Positions 56,939 to 64,000 of a stretch of DNA of 64,000 nt are shown piece by piece. Within the stretch, counting starts at the first letter, position 1. The number at the start of each line of letters is the position of its first letter. The stretch is taken from IMG/VR virus record IMGVR_UViG_3300032562_000014, positions 8,645-72,644 of that record, one strand, 5' to 3'. The stretch is from a virus. The position numbers and the translations under genes are program-made. The notes beneath the pieces were generated by a model, which saw only the letters and a program-made list of their open reading frames with translations, made no database searches and was not told the DNA's origin.

Positions 56939-56993
56939 ACCCTGAACGGTGCCATCGCCACCTCAGCTCAATAGTAGCAACCAGTCTGGACAA
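56918..56993 (+). repeat. 76-bp direct repeat, copy 2
   Basis: 73/76 identical to 51100-51175. Confidence 0.9.
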
Positions 56994-57005
56994 AAAAAGC
57001 AACAC

Positions 57006-57368
57006 ATGCCCCGAAGCAAATACCAGATAAAGCACCCGGACATAAACCACATGATCCATTTCTTTTTAGACTTGTACTACACAAGATTAGAGGAAGACCC
57101 ATTCATACGTCCAATAGAAAAGAACCACCTGAAAACAATAGAGAATATAGACAAACACTACCGTAAGTCCTTCGACTGGAACAAACACCTGGACCGAGAA
57201 AAATACGAGGAAGCCTATTTACAGAAAATAGACCTCCTCACCCAGGCGCTGACCAACAAAAGGAAGAAGGACGAAAAGCAGCAGCTGACAAAACAAATGG
57301 CCACCAAAACACACGAAGATGCCGAAAAAAAGAGAAAACTCCTCGCCGCGCATGGTATACATACCTGA
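57006..57368 (+). CDS. Hypothetical protein
   Basis: Likely start at the ATG at 57006 (MPRSKYQIKHP). Confidence 0.55.
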   Translation: MPRSKYQIKHPDINHMIHFFLDLYYTRLEEDPFIRPIEKNHLKTIENIDKHYRKSFDWNKHLDREKYEEAYLQKIDLLTQALTNKRKKDEKQQLTKQMATKTHEDAEKKRKLLAAHGIHT

Positions 57369-57537
57369 ACTAAGGATGCACGTAATGACCAGCAGGCCGC
57401 CGGAAGAAGTAACAGCCGCCTTCCGGGATCAGCACCAGCGCGAGAAGGTAACAATGGGATCGCTCACAAAGACCGGCTACTGCCCTAAGCCAAAGGAGCA
57501 GGCCCGGCAGGAAAAGACACGCGGATGGGTAGGATAA
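57319..57537 (+). CDS. Hypothetical protein
   Basis: Fills the gap between neighbouring genes; start position uncertain. Confidence 0.35.
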   Translation: MPKKRENSSPRMVYIPELRMHVMTSRPPEEVTAAFRDQHQREKVTMGSLTKTGYCPKPKEQARQEKTRGWVG

Positions 57538-57845
57538 AGAAATTCAAAAGACATTTTATATTCAATCGTGACGGATACCAATGCCTGAAATGCGGGTCTA
57601 AAGAGAACCTGACAGTAGATCATATAGTAAGTATAGCGCAAGGCGGTACCGATGCGATGGCTAACCTTCAAACCTTATGCCGTGCGTGTAATATGCAGAA
57701 AGGGAGCAAGGTACACTTCTCAATGGACTACCGGGATAACAAGAGTGACCGTGCCAAAGCTGCGATAGTAAGGTTCTGTAAGCCAGTAAAAATAAAAATA
57801 TTCAAAAGAAAATTGTTTCGGAACTATCCCTTGCAATACAAATAA
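57525..57845 (+). CDS. HNH endonuclease (last 8 codons supplied by the IS)
   Basis: RDGYQCLKCG...TVDHIVSIAQGGTD...NLQTLCRACNMQKG. Confidence 0.88.
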   Translation: MGRIKKFKRHFIFNRDGYQCLKCGSKENLTVDHIVSIAQGGTDAMANLQTLCRACNMQKGSKVHFSMDYRDNKSDRAKAAIVRFCKPVKIKIFKRKLFRNYPLQYK

Positions 57846-57881
57846 AAGTTGTATCTTTGTGTAAGTAAAAACGATAAAGAT

Positions 57882-58793
57882 ATGAACTTCCTGCAACTGC
57901 AAAAGAAATTCCCAAACGAAAAGGCCGTAGTAGATTATTTCGTAGAAGTGCGCTATCAGGGCATTCCATACTGTTCACATTGCGCAAGCATTAGTGTTTA
58001 CCATAGGGAAGATAAGAGCAACAAGGTTTTCCAGTGCATGGATTGCAACAACTCATTTTCTATTTTCAAAGGAACAATTTTTGAAAATAGTTCTACCGAC
58101 CTTACAAAATGGATGTATGCTATTCACTTGTTTTTGAATGGCAAGAAAGGAATATCGGGCTTACAGCTTATGCGTGAAATTGGTGTTACCTATAAAACAG
58201 CATGGAGAATGCTAAAGCAAATCAGGCTTGCAATGAGTGATGAAGATATGAAAACCTACTTTGAAACTATCGTAGAAATAGATGAAACGTATGTAGGTGG
58301 CAAGCCACGCAAGGGCAATAAAGGACGTAATGATAACGGGGATATAGAAAAGAACAAGCGTGGACGTGGCACTAAGAAAACACCCGTTGTAGGCGTTATT
58401 GACAGGGATAATAAGAAGGTACATGCAAAGGTGGCTTTACCTAACAAGGATGGCAAGAAGCTAACAGGGAAGCAGCTATTGACCATTTTAAACGAAGTTA
58501 CCAAAGCAGGTGCAACTGTTATGACCGATGAATTTAGGAGTTACAATATACTTTCACGCAATGGCTTTATCCATCTGAAAGTTGACCACACAAAGGAATT
58601 TGCAGTAGGTGCGACACACACTAATAACATTGAAAGTTTTTGGGCTACCCTGAAACGTGGTGTGTACGGGATATATCACAGCGTATCAGTAAAGTATCTG
58701 CAACAGTATGTAAATGAGTTTTGTTTCAGGTATAACAACCGTAAGAACGGGGAAATGTTTGACCTGCTTATGATTAAGACTATAAAAATGTAA
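57882..58793 (+). CDS. IS1595-family DDE transposase
   Basis: Zn ribbon CSHC...CMDC, VEIDETYVGG, MTDE, HTNNIESFWATLKRG and EFCFRYN. TATCTTTG promoter element at 57852-57859. Confidence 0.95.
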   Translation: MNFLQLQKKFPNEKAVVDYFVEVRYQGIPYCSHCASISVYHREDKSNKVFQCMDCNNSFSIFKGTIFENSSTDLTKWMYAIHLFLNGKKGISGLQLMREIGVTYKTAWRMLKQIRLAMSDEDMKTYFETIVEIDETYVGGKPRKGNKGRNDNGDIEKNKRGRGTKKTPVVGVIDRDNKKVHAKVALPNKDGKKLTGKQLLTILNEVTKAGATVMTDEFRSYNILSRNGFIHLKVDHTKEFAVGATHTNNIESFWATLKRGVYGIYHSVSVKYLQQYVNEFCFRYNNRKNGEMFDLLMIKTIKM

Positions 58794-58818
58794 AAACATT
58801 CTTTAACTTACAGGCGCA

Positions 58819-59817
58819 ATGGGAAAAACAGGAAATAAGTATAGTGTGGTATCACTTTTTTCAGGGTGTGGGGGTATGGACTTAGGTTTTTTTAAGGCTG
58901 GATTTAATATACTTTGGGCAAATGATATTGACCCGATTGCATGTGAAACCTATAAGAAAAATATAGGCGACCATATCGTTTCTGGCGACATTACTAAGAT
59001 AGATTACAAAACAATACCTCAAAGTGATGTTCTACTTGGCGGCTTCCCTTGTCAGGATTTTTCTATGATATGGAAACGGGGTGGGCTTGAAACTAAGCGT
59101 GGCAACCTTTACAGGAATTTTGTAGATATTGTAAGCCAAAAAAACCCTAAAATATTTGTGGCGGAAAATGTTAAAGGGCTTTTATCTATCAATGGCGGAG
59201 ATGCTATAAGGCAGATAGTAAGTGATTTTTCCGAAACAGGTAAATTCGGATATAACACAACGGTACATTTAATAAATTTTGCAAAATACGGTGTACCACA
59301 ACTAAGAGAGCGGGTTTTGATTATAGGGGTAAGGAAAGATATAAAGGATAAGTTTGTTATCCCTGACCCAACACATAGCGCAGGTAATTACATCGGTGCA
59401 AAAGAAGCATTGCGGAATGTTGAAAAAGTAGAATACAATAATGAGCATCAAAAGATACTACCATCTACGGTTGAAAAACTAAAACTCATACCGGCAGGTG
59501 GTAATTTTTCTGACATACCGTTAGATTCCCCCCATTACGTTAAAGGTATGATTAGCCATGTGTATAGAAGATTGCACCCTGATAAGCCATCTACAACGAT
59601 TATTGCTGCGGGTGGTGGTGGTACATGGGGTTATCACTTCAAAGAGCCACGCCCCCTTACAAACAGGGAAAGAGCGCGTTTATTTGGCTATCCTGACGAC
59701 TTTGTTTTTGTTGGCTCTATAACAGATGTAAGAAGGCAAATAGGCAATTCCGTTACTCCATCAGGTATTCAAGTTTTTGCAGAAAAGATAAAATCTTTCC
59801 TAACTAAAGCAAAATAG
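58819..59817 (+). CDS. C5-cytosine DNA methyltransferase (M.NgoFVII/CglI-like)
   Basis: Motifs FSGCGG, GGFPCQDFS, ENVKG, PQLRERV and QIGNSV; TRD-region AAGGGGTWGYH. Confidence 0.95.
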   Translation: MGKTGNKYSVVSLFSGCGGMDLGFFKAGFNILWANDIDPIACETYKKNIGDHIVSGDITKIDYKTIPQSDVLLGGFPCQDFSMIWKRGGLETKRGNLYRNFVDIVSQKNPKIFVAENVKGLLSINGGDAIRQIVSDFSETGKFGYNTTVHLINFAKYGVPQLRERVLIIGVRKDIKDKFVIPDPTHSAGNYIGAKEALRNVEKVEYNNEHQKILPSTVEKLKLIPAGGNFSDIPLDSPHYVKGMISHVYRRLHPDKPSTTIIAAGGGGTWGYHFKEPRPLTNRERARLFGYPDDFVFVGSITDVRRQIGNSVTPSGIQVFAEKIKSFLTKAK

Positions 59818-60834
59818 ATGTACACTAACACCGAGGTTTTTGGTGGCAATTTTAAAACTGTATTGAAACAGGAATTTAAAACCGCCAATAATATAGCCAT
59901 TGCTTCGGGTTACGCTTCATCTGATATAATCAAAGAATTTGAAAATGACTTCTTAGCTGTTGCCGACAAAGGTGGCAGCGCAAAACTATTGCTTGGGATG
60001 GCTTTCTATGAGGGTTTAAGCCAACAAAAACTTACTACCTTAAACAACCTTTGCACCAACCTAAATAAGCTCAACAACGACAGCGGAGTTTATGTAACAT
60101 ACAAAAGACGGTATCATGGTAAAGTATATCATTTTCAAAATGATACCGATGAGAAAGTATTTGTAGGCTCTTCCAATTTTTCCACAAGCGGTACGTCAGG
60201 AAACATTGAGTGTACTATACCCGTTAATGACGTAGATGCAAAAGGTAAAATAGTTAATTTCTTAGGCTACTTATTTTCAAAGGACAACGCCGTATCAATA
60301 CTAAAAGCTGATATAGTTGTACCCGGTACATCGAAGTATATTAGGAGGATTGCGCTGGATAGTCTTGACGCATTAGAGCGATATGACCCGCAGTTAATAG
60401 ATACTCTGATACTCCCTAAATTGGTTATTCCTTTAGACAGGATTGCAGAAAAGGAAAAATCAAGTTTAAACGTCTATTTTGGTAAAGGCCGCTTAAACAC
60501 AAAAACAGGTATCATAACACCCCGTCCGTGGTATGAGATTGAGTTAATAGCCAATTCCGAGTTTACAGCCAACCCATTATACCCTAAAGGTGATTTCCTT
60601 GCCTATACTGACGATGGTTATATTATCCCGATGAGAACGCAAGGCGATTATTTTAAAAACATTCGCTCTAAAAACAGCCTGCAAATATTCGGAATGTGGT
60701 TAAAAGGTAAACTGCAAAAAGCGGGAGCGTTACAGCTTTTGAAACCCGTTACTATGGATACCCTGATTGACTATGGTAATGATACCCTGACCATGTACAA
60801 AATATCCAACGGAAAATACTATTTAAAGTTCTAA
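59818..60834 (+). CDS. PLD-superfamily restriction endonuclease, NgoFVII family
   Basis: IASGY, YHGKVY...GSSNFS (HxK...GSxN), SSLNVYFGKGR, RPWYEIELI and TDDG. Confidence 0.85.
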   Translation: MYTNTEVFGGNFKTVLKQEFKTANNIAIASGYASSDIIKEFENDFLAVADKGGSAKLLLGMAFYEGLSQQKLTTLNNLCTNLNKLNNDSGVYVTYKRRYHGKVYHFQNDTDEKVFVGSSNFSTSGTSGNIECTIPVNDVDAKGKIVNFLGYLFSKDNAVSILKADIVVPGTSKYIRRIALDSLDALERYDPQLIDTLILPKLVIPLDRIAEKEKSSLNVYFGKGRLNTKTGIITPRPWYEIELIANSEFTANPLYPKGDFLAYTDDGYIIPMRTQGDYFKNIRSKNSLQIFGMWLKGKLQKAGALQLLKPVTMDTLIDYGNDTLTMYKISNGKYYLKF

Positions 60835-60932
60835 AACAGTTATACATTTGCTAAACCTCAATAACTATCATATTTGTATTGCAAGGGATAGTTCCGAATT
60901 GTTTTAATTTCACCTTCAAAATAAACACAACA

Positions 60933-61373
60933 ATGGCTATTAAGTTAACAAAGAAAGACGTAAAGACAATCCTCCGCAAGAAGATAATGGATTGCAGCAA
61001 AGATGAATTGTATGCGATATTCAAAATACTTGGCCTCCAGATAAAGGAGTGGCGCGAGAACAAGGAAGGAGAACTGGCCTCCTTTGAAGTACATCACAGG
61101 ATGCAATACATCATAGATGTCGAGCCGGAGAAAAATGTAAGGGCGGTATCATTCAACAACGAATGGGTGAACTGGGGAGGTGGGACGAGCGGACTCTGTA
61201 TGGGAATTGAAGATGTAGGCGAATTGATGCTAATCATCCTGAACCTGTTTGTAGAAAAGCTGCACATACGTTTTGAAGGCCCGCGCTACACAGAAGATGG
61301 CGACCGGGAGTATGAAAACATGGAAGAGATGCAAGGCCTGCTGGAAACGCTGCAAAAGTTCATTTCCAAATAA
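60933..61373 (+). CDS. Hypothetical protein
   Basis: Likely start at the ATG at 60933 (MAIKLTKK); the 60879 start lies inside the IS TIR. Confidence 0.6.
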   Translation: MAIKLTKKDVKTILRKKIMDCSKDELYAIFKILGLQIKEWRENKEGELASFEVHHRMQYIIDVEPEKNVRAVSFNNEWVNWGGGTSGLCMGIEDVGELMLIILNLFVEKLHIRFEGPRYTEDGDREYENMEEMQGLLETLQKFISK

Positions 61374-61415
61374 GTAAAAACACATATCTTTACACCCACA
61401 TAAAACCACACAGTC

Positions 61416-61886
61416 ATGCTCGAAAAACTTGAAGCACTCGGAAAGGCCATCCTCGCAAAGCTGGGATACATAGGCGCAAACCTACATGAATACATCACAG
61501 TAGCGTTGCAATTCACAACTAATCTGGAGAACATACTAAAGGAGATCCAAAAGAAGACAGGAAATCCAATAGTGAAGTTTGCCCTGAAAGAACTGGTGCC
61601 ATCTGCTGATCAGGCCATGCTTGCGAAGATAGAGGCATTGATACCTGTTATCTTGCCGTACATCACACAATCACAGGCTGTACTGAGCGCCGCTACACCG
61701 GAAGACATGCTGGCCCAGCTACTGCAGGAGATAGCCACAGACGCGCCGGGAGTACAGAACAGTACGTTGTTCAACCTGGCATCGGAATTAGTAAAGGAAT
61801 TGGCCGGCAACACTATGTTGCGTAGCGAGATCAACTATCTGGTGCAAAAGTATTTCACAGCATCAAAGCAAGGGCAAACAGCATAA
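61416..61886 (+). CDS. Hypothetical helical protein, probable paralogue of 9321..9698
   Basis: Similar amphipathic layout and C-terminal VQ.Y...TA ending. Confidence 0.55.
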   Translation: MLEKLEALGKAILAKLGYIGANLHEYITVALQFTTNLENILKEIQKKTGNPIVKFALKELVPSADQAMLAKIEALIPVILPYITQSQAVLSAATPEDMLAQLLQEIATDAPGVQNSTLFNLASELVKELAGNTMLRSEINYLVQKYFTASKQGQTA

Positions 61887-61910
61887 CAAAAATACAAACC
61901 GATAAATGAG

Positions 61911-61944
61911 AAAACGCCGGACACTATATGAGTGCCGGCGTTTT
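61911..61944. terminator. Bidirectional intrinsic terminator
   Basis: AAAACGCCGG...CCGGCGTTTT between convergent genes. Confidence 0.8.
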
Positions 61945-61962
61945 AGTTTGGTAAAAGTAGAA

Positions 61963-62163
61963 TCAGTTATTGTCTGCGCTACGCTTTAAATTCAATGCAG
62001 CAATCATTTCTTTGGTAAAGCTGGTAACATGCACAGCCATTAATTCTTCTGCACCACATTTCATAGAACCTTTGAGTGCGTAGATAATTGCGCATACTGC
62101 ATTATTTTTGTCTGACTTAGCTATTTCCAATGCCTTATCAAGTGCTTCGTGTAATTTGTCCAT
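61963..62163 (-). CDS. Hypothetical protein
   Basis: 66-aa ORF downstream of parB. Confidence 0.5.
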   Translation of the reverse strand: MDKLHEALDKALEIAKSDKNNAVCAIIYALKGSMKCGAEELMAVHVTSFTKEMIAALNLKRSADNN

Positions 62164-62171
62164 ATCGTTTT

Positions 62172-63179
62172 TTATTTTACCTGTAGTATATACTCATTCT
62201 GTAGTCTTTCGATAAGCATTTCCTGTGCCTTATCTATATCTCCTTCAACCTGGCCGAGGCATGTATTGGTAAGCACTTCAAACCTGTTGATGAATTGCCG
62301 CCACAATGCTTTTTTCTGCTCATTCATGTAGATGCTATCTTTGCCGATAACTGTTTCTCCACTGCTGCGGTCTTCTTTCGGGCCACCTCGCGTACCGGCG
62401 GAATCTATGCTGTTGTCTTCCTGTATAAATTCATCTTCATCACCAGACAGTTTAGCCTCCTCTTCTTTTTTCAGCCTGTGGTTGCGTTCTGCTGTGGTTT
62501 CGGCACTTTCTTCCTTCGTTTTCTTATGGGACTGCCGGTAATCAGCCAGCGCGGCGGATATTTTGATCACATCGGCATCTACATCATCCTGCACCTTCTC
62601 TGGTAATTCTGTGGCCATGATGTAGTTATCTACTGTCTGCCGGGAAACACCGAGGAATGCCGCTATCTGATCGTGTGTCATACCATTCTGTTCTTTCAGG
62701 GACAGATAAAAGAAGGCCCGCTCCATTGGTTTGAGCTTCAAGTTATCCTGGGTAGTGATCACCTTGCGCTTTCTTTCAAGGTCTGTGGTGCCCAACGGGT
62801 TAAGCAATACAGTGACCCATGCAATATCTGCACCATTAGGGTACTGCAGCCTGTTTGTAGCCAGTAAATGCCGTAGCGCCCTGTACCTTCTTTCTCCGTT
62901 GACGATGTAGAAGTACCCATCGGTGTGAAAGTCGCCCAAAATAGGCTCCGCAGGACCATTACTGATCAAAATACCTTCTGCCAGTTCCGGGATCATCAAT
63001 ACGCGTTCCCAAAGTTCTTCGGATAGCTTACCCTGGCGCCGGGCATTGAAGCCTTCGCGTATGCGGATACGGCTTAAATCTACCTTGCGCAGGCGGTCTA
63101 CATTTTTTGAATTGGCGCGGAGTACGTCCCGGCTGGCGGTGTTCCCTTCGAGAGGGAAGGGGAGTGATGGTTGTTTCAT
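62172..63179 (-). CDS. parB: ParB/Spo0J-family protein
   Basis: GFNAR, YIVNGERRYRAL, N..LKPMERA and HTH MTHDQIAAFLGVSRQTVDNYI. Confidence 0.85.
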   Translation of the reverse strand: MKQPSLPFPLEGNTASRDVLRANSKNVDRLRKVDLSRIRIREGFNARRQGKLSEELWERVLMIPELAEGILISNGPAEPILGDFHTDGYFYIVNGERRYRALRHLLATNRLQYPNGADIAWVTVLLNPLGTTDLERKRKVITTQDNLKLKPMERAFFYLSLKEQNGMTHDQIAAFLGVSRQTVDNYIMATELPEKVQDDVDADVIKISAALADYRQSHKKTKEESAETTAERNHRLKKEEEAKLSGDEDEFIQEDNSIDSAGTRGGPKEDRSSGETVIGKDSIYMNEQKKALWRQFINRFEVLTNTCLGQVEGDIDKAQEMLIERLQNEYILQVK

Positions 63180-63183
63180 ATTG

Positions 63184-63378
63184 TTATGTTGTTCCGTTTA
63201 AGAAAAATTTCATATTCTCTTCTATCATTGCCGATTCGTAAACCCTTTTCCTGATTTCGGAGCCGTAAGGATAATTCCAAAAATCAGTTGGTGTACCTGG
63301 TATATACCTGTTATGTGCAGATATTATGCTTCTCCATATTTTTCGGCTATACATATAGCGTTTTGATCTGTTGGTCAT
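63184..63378 (-). CDS. Hypothetical protein
   Basis: 64-aa ORF with an ATGA overlap to the upstream gene. Confidence 0.45.
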   Translation of the reverse strand: MTNRSKRYMYSRKIWRSIISAHNRYIPGTPTDFWNYPYGSEIRKRVYESAMIEENMKFFLNGTT

Positions 63379-63608
63379 TTGATGTGCTTTTTACGAGCTT
63401 GAAGCATTGCTGCTGCTTGTTCATACGCAGAAATAGATAACCCATTAGCTAAATCCGAATGCACACCTTGATAATTCCTTATCATCAATGCGTTCATAGC
63501 CTTTGCCGCAAAGTAGTCAAGTAATGTCATTCCTGCTGTGGTGGATATTCGCTCATCTTCCTGTTGCTCCATTGTCGGGAATGCTGGTATGTTGTTTTCT
63601 AAAGCCAT
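63375..63608 (-). CDS. Conserved small phage protein
   Basis: PAFP...GMTLLDYFAAKAM...AY..A.AML.AR motif, common in phages. Confidence 0.7.
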   Translation of the reverse strand: MALENNIPAFPTMEQQEDERISTTAGMTLLDYFAAKAMNALMIRNYQGVHSDLANGLSISAYEQAAAMLQARKKHIK

Positions 63609-63620
63609 TGTATGTTTGTT

Positions 63621-63824
63621 TTAATATTTATCAATTACTTTTTGCACTCTATTCATTGCTATATGCCAGCATAAATCCATTGCATAAGGGCTAAATCCTC
63701 GTAGGTGAAATATAGCCTCGTATATGCTGAGAGGATCTGTTTTAAAATGATATTCAGCAGGCGGTATAGGATCTGACGGTGCGACTATATTTGATGGCTG
63801 CATTATGTATATCTTGTCGGTCAT
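63621..63824 (-). CDS. Hypothetical protein
   Basis: 67-aa ORF in the minus-strand operon. Confidence 0.4.
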   Translation of the reverse strand: MTDKIYIMQPSNIVAPSDPIPPAEYHFKTDPLSIYEAIFHLRGFSPYAMDLCWHIAMNRVQKVIDKY

Positions 63825-63847
63825 TAACGTAATAAGTGAAAAGAAAA

Positions 63848-63878
63848 ATAGATCGAAAAAAGCTGAACGGAGCGTCGC
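63848..63878 (+). repeat. Partial copy of the dispersed repeat
   Basis: ATAGATCG as in copy 2, and the 16-bp CTGAACGGAGCGTCGC identical to 43542-43557. Confidence 0.5.
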
Positions 63879-64000
63879 AACGGAAGTCTAATCAAGGCTA
63901 AAGTGCTAAGTACCAAAGGGTAATAATCAGTGCCATTCCCTACAAGAGGGACAGCGTACCTGCAGGACTACTTTCACATCATCATCAGGGAAAACGTCAG

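Larger units (their letters stand above)
57819..60896 (+). mobile_element. IS1595-family transporter element carrying a methyltransferase and a restriction nuclease
   Basis: Perfect 26-bp TIR CGGAACTATCCCTTGCAATACAAATA at 57819-57844 and 60871-60896. 8-bp TSD AATTGTTT at 57811-57818 and 60897-60904. Confidence 0.95.

Noticed and set aside
1-64000. CRISPR array, tRNA/rRNA genes, diversity-generating retroelement
   Set aside because: No regularly spaced repeats, no recognisable cloverleaf or T-loop consensus, no reverse transcriptase and no adenine-specific TR/VR pair were found by eye.
1-64000. Stop-codon reassignment as in some crAss-like phages
   Set aside because: Long genes are intact under code 11, coding density is high, and TAG and TGA both appear as real stops.

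Overview
The window is a 64-kb segment of a large Bacteroidota-infecting, podovirus-type phage or prophage with a Crassvirales-like head-tail module: muzzle-like protein, portal, scaffold, major capsid protein, ring/tubular proteins, four ejection-type cargo proteins and a large terminase. The host phylum is inferred from repeated TAnnTTTG promoters, A-rich leaders without Shine-Dalgarno sites and Gln-after-signal-peptide proteins. Accessory content includes a GroEL paired with a tandem multi-GroES protein, an acyl carrier protein, a PAPS-reductase-family enzyme behind an attenuator-like leader, a Tad2/DUF2829-like protein and ParB. A 3.08-kb IS1595-family element (perfect 26-bp TIRs, 8-bp TSD) carries a C5 methyltransferase and an NgoFVII-type nuclease. 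The most notable unannotated signals are: (1) a candidate ~105-nt sRNA (51181-51286, minus) whose GU-rich segments are complementary to a motif in the leaders of several phage genes; (2) the multi-GroES co-chaperonin with a possible internal start; (3) a circularly permuted histidine-phosphatase domain inside a 2316-aa cargo protein; (4) fibre-like proteins with Sec signal peptides. All product calls come from motif recognition by eye; no database searches were run.
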